DNA of 64,000 nucleotides from a plasmid: the sequence record NZ_CP118944.1. The stretch is one strand, 5' to 3'. Positions 37,149 through 47,244 of this stretch are shown piece after piece. Under the pieces are notes generated by a model that had not been told where the DNA came from, did not search any database, and saw only the letters and a list, made by a program, of their open reading frames with translations. The position numbers and the translations under genes were made by a program. Within the stretch, counting starts at the first letter, position 1. Each line of letters starts with the position of its first letter.

Positions 37149-37553
37149 ATGGATACTTTAATTGCTGGTCTGGTTATTGATTCTAAACGTATGGACATGA
37201 TGCCTAAATACTTCGGACGCTGGATGATGAAAACTGAAGGTAACATTTATGGCTGGATGAAAGAAATCTGCGCATCGTACAGCGGCGGTTATTGGGATAT
37301 GTGGGAGGTATCGAATGGTGCGTTCTTTATGGTCCCCCCTTTGAAAAAAGAAGGTTACACGCTATCAATTAATGGTAATGGTTTTGAGGGGGTGTTGACT
37401 GCCCACGCTACCGGTGTTGTGGCTTGTCTTTTTGCATACTATTACATGTGGGAAATGACAGACGATGATCTCTTTGTAAGACTCTATCACGCACTTCGTG
37501 AATATGCATTGACGTTAGAAGAGCATAGTTTGATTTTTAGCGCATTAGATTAA
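37149..37553 (+). CDS. klcA: KlcA/ArdB-family antirestriction protein
   Basis: MMPKYFGRWMMKTEGNIYGWMKEICASYSGGYWDMWEVSNGAFFMVPP...INGNGFEGVLTAHATGVVACLFAYYYM... aligns motif-for-motif with RK2 KlcA (YFGPRLMM...YNGAYWHYY...NGNGF...AAGIVATLFAL). Confidence 0.75.
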   Translation: MDTLIAGLVIDSKRMDMMPKYFGRWMMKTEGNIYGWMKEICASYSGGYWDMWEVSNGAFFMVPPLKKEGYTLSINGNGFEGVLTAHATGVVACLFAYYYMWEMTDDDLFVRLYHALREYALTLEEHSLIFSALD

Positions 37554-38035
37554 TCAGGTTTGCTTCCCTTGCTGTTATTTGGCCCCTGATGTTTGGGGCC
37601 TTTTTTGATCTCGTCATACGTGAGCTTGACCCGTTCGGCGTACCATTTACGTTTTTCTGCCTGCTTGGCTGATGTGGAAAATCCAGCATAGTAAGCCCCT
37701 ACCGCGTCCCAATTATACCCCATCCGTTTAATGGCGTGTGCCATGTAATAGGCTCCCGTGTAAATATTCAAACAAGGATCATTGTATAGGCCCATTGGCG
37801 TGATCCCGAATTGTGCCAATTTGGCGAAGTGCTGGGAATGAATTTGCATTAATCCAACGGCATATTTTGTATCGGAGACGACATTCAAGGCGCGGGGGTT
37901 AAAGCTGGATTCACGAAAGGCCGTTGCGCGTAGCAAATCAGGGTCAATACGGTAAGCCTGCCCCGCCATATCGAAACAATCGGCAGCCATGACGGCGGGA
38001 CTTAGCAACATGACCAGCGGCAACCATCTATTCAT
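37550..38035 (-). CDS. lytic transglycosylase (SLT domain), F geneX/orf169-like
   Basis: Start at MNRWLPLVMLLSPAVMA (signal peptide). ...RESSFNPRALNVVSDTKYAVGLMQI carries SLT motifs. Adjacent to oriT as in F. The ORF-track N-terminal extension is probably spurious. Confidence 0.7.
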   Translation of the reverse strand: MNRWLPLVMLLSPAVMAADCFDMAGQAYRIDPDLLRATAFRESSFNPRALNVVSDTKYAVGLMQIHSQHFAKLAQFGITPMGLYNDPCLNIYTGAYYMAHAIKRMGYNWDAVGAYYAGFSTSAKQAEKRKWYAERVKLTYDEIKKGPKHQGPNNSKGSKPD

Positions 38036-38711
38036 CGCATCCCCCTTAAACAAGGCAACCAGTTTGCCAGTAAATGAGATGGCGAGCAAATGAACAATAG
38101 GCATTTTCCCCTTTATCACCGGAAAGGGTAACGAGCAAATTGCACGGCGAACTGATGCCGTACAATTCCCCCGTCCCCCTTTCCTGACATCTCGCCACGC
38201 AATAGGAAAAGACAACCTTGTTTCCTCTGGAAAAACAACCCGCAAAGGATAACTCGCCAATTTTACGGCGAACTGATGCCGAAAAATTCCCTCGTCACCC
38301 TCTGCGGTCATATACCGAGTCAACCAAAGCACGATATTTATAGATAGCCTACTCATCAACCATAAGACTCCACACCCGTAGCAAATCTGCGATTTGCAGA
38401 TAAATCATTTAAAATCATCAGATTAAGCTAACTCTTACGGTGTTATTTAGCGTTTTGGACACAAAACAACAGTGCAAGCACCGTGCTAGCACCGACAAAG
38501 CACGGCGCTGCTAGCGGTGCAAAAGCATATATCAATAATATCAATGAATTATGAGCTGCACGGTGGATGCGCTGCCAACGTAAATGCTTGGGCTCCAAGA
38601 AAGCTGCGCAGCTACATGGCGGCGTATGCACGGCTATCCTTTAGAGTCCCTAGCGGTGCATGCACGGTCATGGTACATTGTGATGTTGCTATTTTAAATA
38701 GAGGTTAGCAA
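38036..38711. promoter_or_regulatory. oriT region of the F-like transfer system (between the geneX-like LT and traM)
   Basis: Position as in F. ~40-bp direct repeats at 38121-38160 and 38243-38281 share the 17-mer ACGGCGAACTGATGCCG. Imperfect inverted repeat gcaccgtgctagc...gctagcggtgc at 38478-38520. A 10-bp palindrome GTGCATGCAC at 38656-38665 lies just upstream of traM. The nic site is not identified. Confidence 0.45.
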
Positions 38712-39080
38712 ATGGCAAAAGTAACGGTTTACTTGAAGAATGCTGTTATCGATGAAATAAAGGGATTGGTCGAAGAAGATATTCAAGCTGGCGCGCATCC
38801 AGACGAGGTTAGCTTTTCAAGCAAGACCAGTATGTTATTGGAGTTGGGCTTGCGCGTTTACAATCTTCGCCGCTCTGAACATGCAGGAAGTGGTCACGAT
38901 GAGTTTGACCGGATGCTGCTATCCGGAGTTCTTGAGGCAAAGTACCTGACCCAGTTTTTAACCAAAACGTTGGGGGAGGCAAATGGTATCGACGTGGCGG
39001 CAATAAAGGAAAAGGTGAAGGGAACCATCAAGAACGATATGGAGCAATTTTTCCCTTCCACTGATGATCAAGAAAGTTAA
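38712..39080 (+). CDS. traM: relaxosome accessory protein TraM
   Basis: 122 aa MAKVTVYLKNAVIDEIKGLVEEDIQAGAHPDEVSFSSKTSMLLELGLRV aligns with F TraM (MAKVNLYISNDAYEKINAIIEKRRQEGAREKDVSFSATASMLLELGLRV). Confidence 0.75.
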   Translation: MAKVTVYLKNAVIDEIKGLVEEDIQAGAHPDEVSFSSKTSMLLELGLRVYNLRRSEHAGSGHDEFDRMLLSGVLEAKYLTQFLTKTLGEANGIDVAAIKEKVKGTIKNDMEQFFPSTDDQES

Positions 39081-39101
39081 CTGCAAGTAGCAGTCGCTGA
39101 T

Positions 39102-39133
39102 GTAAAAAACCGGCCCATGGCCGGTTTCTTTTT
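39102..39133. terminator. bidirectional intrinsic terminator between convergent traM and traI
   Basis: aaaaaaccggcc-cat-ggccggtttctttttt. Confidence 0.55.
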
Positions 39134-42100
39134 TACTCCCCTTTGGTCAATTCCTTGATTATCTCCCTTTCCAGCTTATCCAGTTTGTCGTGGAGTTCAT
39201 GGGTAAATTTGGCTTTGGCCACTTCTCCGATTTCTGCCAACTTACGCAATTGTCGCTCACTTAACTCTGCGTCTTTATTGAGTTGATGGATATCGTTGTG
39301 GAGTCGCTTGTCGTCGCGATTGACCGCATGCTGTTTATCATCAGGCAGTTTGATATCCGGGTGTTCTTTCTCCCTGGCAACGGCTTTTATCAGTTCATCC
39401 TGACGTTTGGCATCCTTGGTCGCCATATCTTGTGGTAGCGGTAACTCCCGTTCGCTATCTTTGTTTAGATGCTGAATATCCGTATCAGAGACCACTAACT
39501 TCCCCCCAGTCATGCGATTAACGTTAAAGGGGGCGGGAGCGCCATGTATGCTAACTAATATTCCACTTTGTGGATGCTTGGTCGCCATGGCAATGCCATC
39601 CTCTAAACTGGTGGCGATACGGGTTTCGCCATTACTGGCACGCTGGAGCCCGATAAACTCGGCGCGTTCATTTGCCACCAGTCGATATTCACTGTCCAGG
39701 GTAGGGCCTTTATTTTGGTGATGGCTTTGCAGCTCCACCATGGCAGCCCCTGCCGGTTTACCATTATTATCCCACACCGGAAAGGCAGCGTGCGGGGTCG
39801 GGTATTTTTTGCCTGGTGCAATGTATTTTCCCATATGCTGCTGCTCATCGAGTTGATGGGTCTTTAGCACATGTCGCCCCAATGCTGTGGAGCGCATCGG
39901 CGAGGCGGTACCCAATAACATATCGGCGACCTTTTGCCCTTTAATCTGGTCGCCTTCGAGCGCATCGTGGGCGGTACTAACCTGGCTCTTGAGGTTTTTA
40001 TTGAGCAAGTTAATCCAGCCTTCCTTATCATCGGTATAGGTCTGCATATGTTCTTTGGCACGTGAGGCGGGGACATACGCAGACGACAGGGTAATCAAGT
40101 TTCTATTTACGCCTTTGATCGCCTGTAATTCGATGGCGTAGGTACTGCTCGCCCCTTGCGCACCATAGGCAGTAATGGCATATCCCAAATCAATGTGCTG
40201 GTCTTCTTTAAATTGGTCGGGGCGAACAGTTTTCTCGTTATTGCCATCGTGCAGCACTATCGCACCATTATCCTCGATGCGTTTTACCTGCCACTGGCTA
40301 TTGGCTACATGGCCGTGTTCATTGACGGTGCGGGTGAAGCGGATCTTATCGCCTTCACTGACCTTTATTTCCCTCGGTTGATAGATAGCGAGATCATGGG
40401 CGGTGTTTTCGATATTGGAGATGAGTCGCACCTTGCCCTCATTATCCTTGATGGTCATTGTCCCGGCCTGGGGGTCGATACCACTGATGGTGTAATAGTG
40501 CTGGTCAAGCACGGCCACTTTACCAAGGAGCGCATTTTTCTGTACCTGCTCACTGCTACGCAGGCTATTTTCTTCAATGCGCACCGGATCAAGAATGGTC
40601 AGGCTGGTCTGGCGTGAACCTAATTCCCCTTTATCAAACAGTGCCTGGTGTATTGCGGCGTTAATACCGTGGCGCACCTCATTGAGATGCACGATCACCA
40701 TGGTGTTATCCCGTGTCAGACGGGTGCGGCTGACATAATCTTTGACCACCAGTTCGGCGGGGTTCTTTGCCTCAATCACCGAGCGATCCGGTGTCCAGGC
40801 ATCCGGTTTGTTTGCCGGGTCTCGGGGTACCACAGCCGGTTGCACCGCTTCGCGCTGTGCCAGTGACTGGGTGAGGTTGCCATCTATCAAGCTGTAGATC
40901 GCCGGTTTGAGCTCCGGGCGCTGGCGGACAATCTCTTTCATGACGGCCACATCGACCGCGCTGCGCTCTTGCATCAGTTGGAACGGGGCACCTGACGAGA
41001 TGGCTTTGAGCTGCGCGGTATCACCGCTGCTGACCACCCTTGCGCCACTGGCGGCCACCCGCTGGTAAAACTCAGCCATGTCGCGGTTGCCAATCATCGA
41101 GCTTTCATCCACCAGGAACAGGGTGCGGCTGTGGTCCTGCTGCTCCCCTGCCATGGCCTGCAGGCGACTCTCCGAGAGAAACGAGGCCAGCGTCTGTGCC
41201 TTGACCCCGGTGGACTGCATTTCATGGACGGCCCGGTGGGTGGGGCCAATCCCGACCACGGTCGGGCGCTGTTCCGGGGGCAGGGTGTCGAGTGCACTCA
41301 GCACAGCCTTGAACTGGGTGGTTTTACCCACACCGGCATAGCCCTGGATGGCGATGAACTGGTCGTTGCTCTCTAGGATCAGGCGAGTGGATTGTGCCTG
41401 GCCGGGGGTTAGCCCTGCCAGTTGGGGGTCGGGTACCTGCTGCAGGTAGGGGGTCGCTGTTCCCTTGCCTTGGGCAATGGTGGCGATAATGAATTTTTCC
41501 ATGTCAAAGCTGGCTCGAGAGACCACGTCGCCGCGCTTGCCGGGCACCGGCAGCAGGTCACCCTTGGCGAGTTTGTCATCGAGCACGGCGCTGATTGAGT
41601 CAATCGGGGTTGCCGGGGCAAAATCCAGGGCGGCGGCCAGCAAGCTTGAGGTGGAAAAGACGATGCCTTTGGCTTCCACCTGGGCCAGCCCCAAATGCAG
41701 GGCTTGCTCAGCCGCTGTGTGCAGGCTGGCGGTGGCCTGCTTGAGCGCAGTATCGAGCTGGTCGCTGTCGCCGTGGGCTTTGAGCTTTTCACTGGCCAGC
41801 TGGAACTGGGGATGACTGGCTAGCTTGCTCTGTGCCCGCATCTGATCAAGCGGGGTGTAGATGTGAATATGCTGGCCACTTCTGGCCAGCTGGTTAAGCC
41901 CTGTGCCACTCATCTGGCGGGCACTCATGGCGGCCAGTACGGTGGCGTCCTGGCTGGCGGTGACGCCCACGCCGGTGACATAGTTGTGGTCGAGCTTGAG
42001 TGCCCTGTCTGTTGGCAGTTGCAGCTCACCGGTCGGGGTCTTGAGGTGCAGGTGGCCAGGGGCCGCGTCCAGTACCTGCAGGGTCTGTTGCGCCTTGAGG

Positions 42101-44262
42101 GTGCCCTCGGCCTCTCGCCCGAGCACCCGGAGTGTGTCGCCCGCCGCGACCTCGATGCGCTTGCTTTCAAACAGCGACCAGTTGCTGTCCAGGGCGCGGA
42201 TCTTGATGGTGTGTTTCTCCCCCTGCTCGTTGGTCAGCACCAGCGAGTGGGTCTTGTCTGCGACGAGATCAATGCGATAGCGATCCATGGTTTTACCCTT
42301 GTCGTCCCACCGATCCATGACCATCCCCTCGCGATAGGTGTCACGCTGATGGCGGGTCTTGCTATCGAGCCATACCGGGGCAAGGACGTTGAGGGTGTGA
42401 TCCTGCCCGTGCAGTTGGCCGCTATCCCGCAAGGCGCTGCGGATATGGCTGGTTAGCTGCTGCTGATCCCGTGTCCCGGAGACCTGGGCAACCACCTGCT
42501 CGCCTTGCTGCAGACGATGCGCGTAGTCCTGTGCCAGGGCGTCAAAGCGCGCTGGCTTGTCAGGCACGCTCTGGACGGTGGCCTCGATGTTGGGCGCATC
42601 ATAGAAACGGTACTGCGGCACGCTGGCTTGCTTGAGGACGGAGAGCGCATTGCCGACGCCACGCTGGCGCTCACTGTCGAGCATCAGCACCTGGACATCG
42701 CTGGCCCGTGCCTTTTCCAGGATGAGCAGCGTCTCTTTGAGGGTCAGGGATTCAGCCTGCTCGACAATAAGGGTGCTATGAGGGGCAAAGACCGTGGCGG
42801 CATTGAGGGTGTGACGCGGAGCGATATTGCCTGCCAGAGGCTGGCTTTGTGCCAGCAGGCGAGCCGAGCGATTGTCGCTGGCCAGGATGGTGACCTCACG
42901 CCCCTGTTCGCTGGCCATGAGCACGGCATCTTCCATGCGCTCGATGGTTTGGGCCATGCCACCCCGTCCGGACAGGATAGCCAGCGGGGCCTTGTCCTGG
43001 GCCAACACGGAGTAGGCGTCGGCATAGGGGCGATCACGCGGGGTTGCCCGCTCGGCAAAGGTGGCTATCGGGGGGCGCTGGTTGAACTCGTTGGCCAGCT
43101 GGGCGATGGACAATTCGTTGAGCAGGTGGATATCGGAGGTGAAGATCCCTTTTTCCTTGTCGAGCGGGATGAGGCGCTCGCGCCCAATCGCCTGCTCGAT
43201 ACCCTCGCGGGCCTGGGTGATCAACCCCTGTTCGGCAGGGAGCTGGCTCACCGTGGCGGCCAGTAATTCGGAGTAGGAGAACTGTACCTTTTTATCCGAA
43301 AGTATGGATATCGCCTGGCTCACGGCCTGGGTGATATCCGTGCCAGCGGGCGTGGGGACGGTGTATCCCTGGGCGCGTTCGTCGGCCTTGGCGAGATAGA
43401 GGGGCAGTTCAAAGCCTGCTTTGCCCAGGCGATCACGCCAATCGGCGATCAGTAGGTCGGGGTCGGCAACCGCCTTGTCCTTGCGGGTATCGAGCGCGGC
43501 GGCATCGCGGGACTGGGGTGAGGCATCGGGGCCGACCGCGTCGTTTATCTGCTGGCTGCGCTGGCTGAATGGTTCGGTCGGCACCCCCTTGAGCTCCCAC
43601 AGGCCATGCTTGCCGGTGACCTCAGTTTCAAAACCCATCGCCTCGACGTCCTGGCGCAGGGCGTGGCGGTATATCTGCCCGAGCGCCAGTTTGTTGTTAA
43701 AGATGTCTTTGCCAAAGCCGCTGTTCATGTGGGCGGCATCACTGCTCAGCGCCCGCCATTTGCCTTCTGCATAGGTGGCATTGAGCACCAGTGAGTGCGT
43801 GTGCAGCTGCGGATCAAGTTCGCGGGAGGTGTCGTGGGTGTAGAGGGCCGCCACGATATTGCCGGTGGTCTCGGTGCGGGTGACGCCATCGGTCATAATG
43901 CGGGTGCTGGCCAGCGCCTCGACCTCCTTCATGGCGATGGCCACGGCGCGGTGGTGGGCATCGAGAAAGCGTTCGTCACCGGCCACAAGCGCCATCACTG
44001 ACACGCTTTTGGGGGCAGAAAAGGTCAAGTCATAGCCAGTACGGTGGGTCTGCTTGCCATCCACGATGCGCGAGAGTTCAGTGCCATCGGGGAGTTTACC
44101 CTGGGCGATGGCATCGAGGGTGGCCCCGTCAATGGGGCCACTCAGTCCAAGGCGGTCGGCCCCTTCCCCCATCCAGACCGACTCGAGATCGCCCATGGCG
44201 TAGTAGTTTTCCTCGGCAGCGTAGTAGGCCGCGCTGCCCTTGATGGTGGAGAGTGACAGCAT
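39133..44262 (-). CDS. traI: relaxase-helicase TraI (MOBF12)
   Basis: 1709 aa. N-terminus ...YDLTFSAPKSVS (F TraI GYDLTFSAPKSVS). Walker GYAGVGKTT in the helicase domain. Colinear with F TraI. Confidence 0.9.
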   Translation of the reverse strand: MLSLSTIKGSAAYYAAEENYYAMGDLESVWMGEGADRLGLSGPIDGATLDAIAQGKLPDGTELSRIVDGKQTHRTGYDLTFSAPKSVSVMALVAGDERFLDAHHRAVAIAMKEVEALASTRIMTDGVTRTETTGNIVAALYTHDTSRELDPQLHTHSLVLNATYAEGKWRALSSDAAHMNSGFGKDIFNNKLALGQIYRHALRQDVEAMGFETEVTGKHGLWELKGVPTEPFSQRSQQINDAVGPDASPQSRDAAALDTRKDKAVADPDLLIADWRDRLGKAGFELPLYLAKADERAQGYTVPTPAGTDITQAVSQAISILSDKKVQFSYSELLAATVSQLPAEQGLITQAREGIEQAIGRERLIPLDKEKGIFTSDIHLLNELSIAQLANEFNQRPPIATFAERATPRDRPYADAYSVLAQDKAPLAILSGRGGMAQTIERMEDAVLMASEQGREVTILASDNRSARLLAQSQPLAGNIAPRHTLNAATVFAPHSTLIVEQAESLTLKETLLILEKARASDVQVLMLDSERQRGVGNALSVLKQASVPQYRFYDAPNIEATVQSVPDKPARFDALAQDYAHRLQQGEQVVAQVSGTRDQQQLTSHIRSALRDSGQLHGQDHTLNVLAPVWLDSKTRHQRDTYREGMVMDRWDDKGKTMDRYRIDLVADKTHSLVLTNEQGEKHTIKIRALDSNWSLFESKRIEVAAGDTLRVLGREAEGTLKAQQTLQVLDAAPGHLHLKTPTGELQLPTDRALKLDHNYVTGVGVTASQDATVLAAMSARQMSGTGLNQLARSGQHIHIYTPLDQMRAQSKLASHPQFQLASEKLKAHGDSDQLDTALKQATASLHTAAEQALHLGLAQVEAKGIVFSTSSLLAAALDFAPATPIDSISAVLDDKLAKGDLLPVPGKRGDVVSRASFDMEKFIIATIAQGKGTATPYLQQVPDPQLAGLTPGQAQSTRLILESNDQFIAIQGYAGVGKTTQFKAVLSALDTLPPEQRPTVVGIGPTHRAVHEMQSTGVKAQTLASFLSESRLQAMAGEQQDHSRTLFLVDESSMIGNRDMAEFYQRVAASGARVVSSGDTAQLKAISSGAPFQLMQERSAVDVAVMKEIVRQRPELKPAIYSLIDGNLTQSLAQREAVQPAVVPRDPANKPDAWTPDRSVIEAKNPAELVVKDYVSRTRLTRDNTMVIVHLNEVRHGINAAIHQALFDKGELGSRQTSLTILDPVRIEENSLRSSEQVQKNALLGKVAVLDQHYYTISGIDPQAGTMTIKDNEGKVRLISNIENTAHDLAIYQPREIKVSEGDKIRFTRTVNEHGHVANSQWQVKRIEDNGAIVLHDGNNEKTVRPDQFKEDQHIDLGYAITAYGAQGASSTYAIELQAIKGVNRNLITLSSAYVPASRAKEHMQTYTDDKEGWINLLNKNLKSQVSTAHDALEGDQIKGQKVADMLLGTASPMRSTALGRHVLKTHQLDEQQHMGKYIAPGKKYPTPHAAFPVWDNNGKPAGAAMVELQSHHQNKGPTLDSEYRLVANERAEFIGLQRASNGETRIATSLEDGIAMATKHPQSGILVSIHGAPAPFNVNRMTGGKLVVSDTDIQHLNKDSERELPLPQDMATKDAKRQDELIKAVAREKEHPDIKLPDDKQHAVNRDDKRLHNDIHQLNKDAELSERQLRKLAEIGEVAKAKFTHELHDKLDKLEREIIKELTKGE

Positions 44263-46430
44263 CAGTAATACTCCGGCTCGTCACCACCCGGCTCTTGGTG
44301 GTGATGGTTAATGTTGACCTCTTCGCGCCGCGCAGCTTCTTGCTGTGTCCGTTCGGATTTTTGGTAATTGGCGTAAAGCTCCTCGTCGTAAAGCACCCCA
44401 TTCTCATCGACCCCCGCAGGGCGAGGGGGGCGCATGGTGATCTCCTGGTCTCGACCGGCAGGCTGCACTTGCGTCGCGGCACTCTGGGCGCTGGTGTCCG
44501 TGGCTTGAGCCGCTTGAGCGGGGATGGTTGCAGGCGCAGGGCTAGGTGGTGTTGGCGGTGCAGACATGGGGGGGCTGCCCTCTGCTGCCAGGGCGACAAC
44601 CGCAGGGAGCACGCCGGGGGTGACGTTGTCGAAGATCTTGCCAGTCTCGTTGAGACGCTGGGTGATCTCGTCGTCCACTTCGGGATCCAGGCTGGACTGG
44701 ATATCCCGCTCTGGCAGGGACTCGGCAATTTTCTCCTTCTTCACGAATTTGAGTGTCATGCGCACCACCGGGAAGTTGCCAGGTAATGTCACGAAACAGT
44801 CCAGGTTGTCGAGCATCTGGATGTCGGTGTAGCTGACAATATTGACGCGCTCCTCATCCTTGCCAAACGAGATACCGTCACGCACCTGATCGGCACCGAA
44901 ACTGGTCTGCTCGGAGAACTTCTTGCGCACGGTTTCACCGATATCCTCCTCGACAAATTTGGCGACGGAGGCAGAGGGGGAGCGAAAGAAATACTTGGTG
45001 TTGAGCAGGTCATACATGGCCTCGGCAAATTTATTGCCGTAAATCTCCTCGAGCTGCGAGTAGGACTGGAAGCCCAACGCAAAACAGCCGCCGAACTTGC
45101 GGGCCTCGGCGATGATGAACGGCAGGCTCGGCAGCTTGTGCAGGGAGGGCAGCTCGTCATAGAAGAACCACACGCGCCGGTAGCGGTTTTCGCCCATTGA
45201 TAGCAGGCTGTTGGCGGCAATGCTGAGCCACATCGAGATCAAGGGTTTGAGGGATTCGTGGTGTTTTTGGTTGGAGGTGATGAACAACCAGCCATTTTCA
45301 CCACCGTCACGGACACCCTGCATCCACTGGCGAATGGTAAAGGGTTTACCTTTGCGCTCAATGCCCTGCAGATAGCGCATCGCCTTAACGTAGTTGGTCA
45401 ACACGCTTCGAATAGAGATGGCGGTTTTTTCTATCTTGCCGTCAACCAGGTTGGCTGCGGGCGTCCCTGCCAGAAACTCGCGCAGTTTATCGAGGGTGAT
45501 GGCCAGGAGGGTGCGCAGGAACAAGTTATAGCTGCGCCCTTTTTCAGTGCGCAGGCGGTGGGCACCTTCGGCAAAGATAGTGCGGGCCGAGCCCTGCCAG
45601 AAGGGGTCTTCCGAGGAGCCCATCGGAATAAGGGTGGTGGCTGCCGATTCGAGATCGGGCAAGGTCTGGCACTCTTCCCACATATCCCAGTTGGCGCAGC
45701 GTTGATCCAGGGGGTTAAGGATGATGTCGCGGCATTCTTGATAATACTCTTCGACAAAGGTGCAGCCCTTGTCATAAATAATGACCATATCCCCGCGCTG
45801 ACGGCACTGGTCGAGAAATTTGCGCATGAGCGTCGATTTACCCGAACCCACGGTACCATGCATGGCGAAGTTCTGAATTTCGCTGTCTTTGATAATGGGG
45901 AGATCATCCACGATGATATCGGAGGCTACTTTTTGGCGACGCATCATGCGGGCGACTTTTTTCGGGTTGTCACTCAGGGTGCGCCCGCCGGTTATCTCGT
46001 CTTCACTCTGCTTTTTGCCCAATATACCAATATACAAATAGAACAGCAGGCCAGCGACAAACACGATGACCATCGAGGATAAAGCGGCAATAATGAGTTC
46101 GTTCTTGAATAGCTGTCCGCAATAGACCGTGTAGGCATCACTCAATATCTGCTTGGTGTTGTAGTGCAGGACACGCTCATAATATTGGATCTTGTAGGTC
46201 GGCGGATTGGTCATGAATTTATGCAACGGTTCAATGGTGGTTGCATACCAGTACATGAGACCGTTGATCAGGTTTTGGGTGCTGACGCGATAAAACAAAA
46301 TCGACCCGGTCAGGACAATAAAGGACAAAATAAGCCAATAGGATAGAATGTTGTTTATTTGCAGGAACATGCGCAGACGCATAAACGCGACTTGCCCGCC
46401 CTGCGTCACATCGCGGGTGTTTAAGCTCAT
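44262..46430 (-). CDS. traD: type IV coupling protein TraD
   Basis: 722 aa MSLNTRDVTQGGQVAFMRLRMF... matches the F TraD N-terminus [22 protein letters not shown]. Walker A GTVGSGKS. Acidic C-terminus ...EPEYY. Confidence 0.9.
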   Translation of the reverse strand: MSLNTRDVTQGGQVAFMRLRMFLQINNILSYWLILSFIVLTGSILFYRVSTQNLINGLMYWYATTIEPLHKFMTNPPTYKIQYYERVLHYNTKQILSDAYTVYCGQLFKNELIIAALSSMVIVFVAGLLFYLYIGILGKKQSEDEITGGRTLSDNPKKVARMMRRQKVASDIIVDDLPIIKDSEIQNFAMHGTVGSGKSTLMRKFLDQCRQRGDMVIIYDKGCTFVEEYYQECRDIILNPLDQRCANWDMWEECQTLPDLESAATTLIPMGSSEDPFWQGSARTIFAEGAHRLRTEKGRSYNLFLRTLLAITLDKLREFLAGTPAANLVDGKIEKTAISIRSVLTNYVKAMRYLQGIERKGKPFTIRQWMQGVRDGGENGWLFITSNQKHHESLKPLISMWLSIAANSLLSMGENRYRRVWFFYDELPSLHKLPSLPFIIAEARKFGGCFALGFQSYSQLEEIYGNKFAEAMYDLLNTKYFFRSPSASVAKFVEEDIGETVRKKFSEQTSFGADQVRDGISFGKDEERVNIVSYTDIQMLDNLDCFVTLPGNFPVVRMTLKFVKKEKIAESLPERDIQSSLDPEVDDEITQRLNETGKIFDNVTPGVLPAVVALAAEGSPPMSAPPTPPSPAPATIPAQAAQATDTSAQSAATQVQPAGRDQEITMRPPRPAGVDENGVLYDEELYANYQKSERTQQEAARREEVNINHHHQEPGGDEPEYY

Positions 46431-46488
46431 GATATTGCCTCAAGGATAGGGGGGGTGAGCTCCCCCTGATATTAACTGTCAACAGGTC

Positions 46489-47223
46489 TTAGAATATGCC
46501 CGCGACCGATTTTGAAAGTTGGTCTTCCAGTGCCGTTTTGGCGTCTTTAAATTCCAGATTCATCTGGTTGGCATTGCTCACTACGCGGGTTTGATATTTA
46601 TGGCGATCACCCTGGGCGGTGCTGGTTTGCACTTTACCGCCAGACGTTCCCTGTTTGAGCATGGCAATGTTATCGGTGGTCACGGTGACCCCCTTGGGGG
46701 CTTTCTCAGCAATTTGCAGGTCGGTGACCATGGTGTAATTGGTATCTTCCACCATGGCATCGGCGGCAACCCCGACGAGCGCCCCGACCAGGCCCGCGCC
46801 CAAAGCAGCCCCGCCAGAGGAGCTATTATAGCCGACCACCCCCGCAGCAGCCGCAGCGCCAAAGGCCCCGGCACCATATCCGGATATGAGGGTGTTTTCG
46901 GCATCCCGCAAATTCATTTTACCCACCGAGAGGACGTTTGCCTGGATCCAGTATTGCGCCGTGTCCGGGTTGGTGGAGATGGACATGCCCTTGTTCTGCA
47001 AGGCCTGGCGCAACTTGGGCTCAAGGCTCAGATCTTGCTCGGTACTGGTGTTGCGGATCTGCAGATATACGGTGCGCTCTGCGGCGGGCTCAAGGAAGAT
47101 GGTTTCGCTCATCTTGGTTTGCACATCGAGATTGCGTTTGGCTACTGCGGTGTGTACGGCTGAGCATCCTGCCAGACCGAGCATGGAGACCGTCACCACG
47201 GCCAGAACTGTTTTTTTCATCAT
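46489..47223 (-). CDS. traT: surface exclusion/complement-resistance lipoprotein TraT
   Basis: 244 aa with lipobox LAGCSA. ...KRNLDVQTKMSETIFLEPA...YWIQANVL... matches F TraT. Confidence 0.85.
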   Translation of the reverse strand: MMKKTVLAVVTVSMLGLAGCSAVHTAVAKRNLDVQTKMSETIFLEPAAERTVYLQIRNTSTEQDLSLEPKLRQALQNKGMSISTNPDTAQYWIQANVLSVGKMNLRDAENTLISGYGAGAFGAAAAAGVVGYNSSSGGAALGAGLVGALVGVAADAMVEDTNYTMVTDLQIAEKAPKGVTVTTDNIAMLKQGTSGGKVQTSTAQGDRHKYQTRVVSNANQMNLEFKDAKTALEDQLSKSVAGIF

Positions 47224-47244
47224 TGTTGTACTCTCTTTTTGTTG

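Noticed and set aside
38036-38711. F-plasmid nic motif (GGTGTGGTGC) or TraY gene near oriT
   Set aside because: The motif was not found by eye and no traY/traJ ORF lies between traM and traI. The nic site is left unassigned rather than guessed.
39512-43794. Numerous 60-250-aa ORFs inside and antisense to traI/traD/traG/traC
   Set aside because: They are nested shadow ORFs in large conserved conjugation genes.
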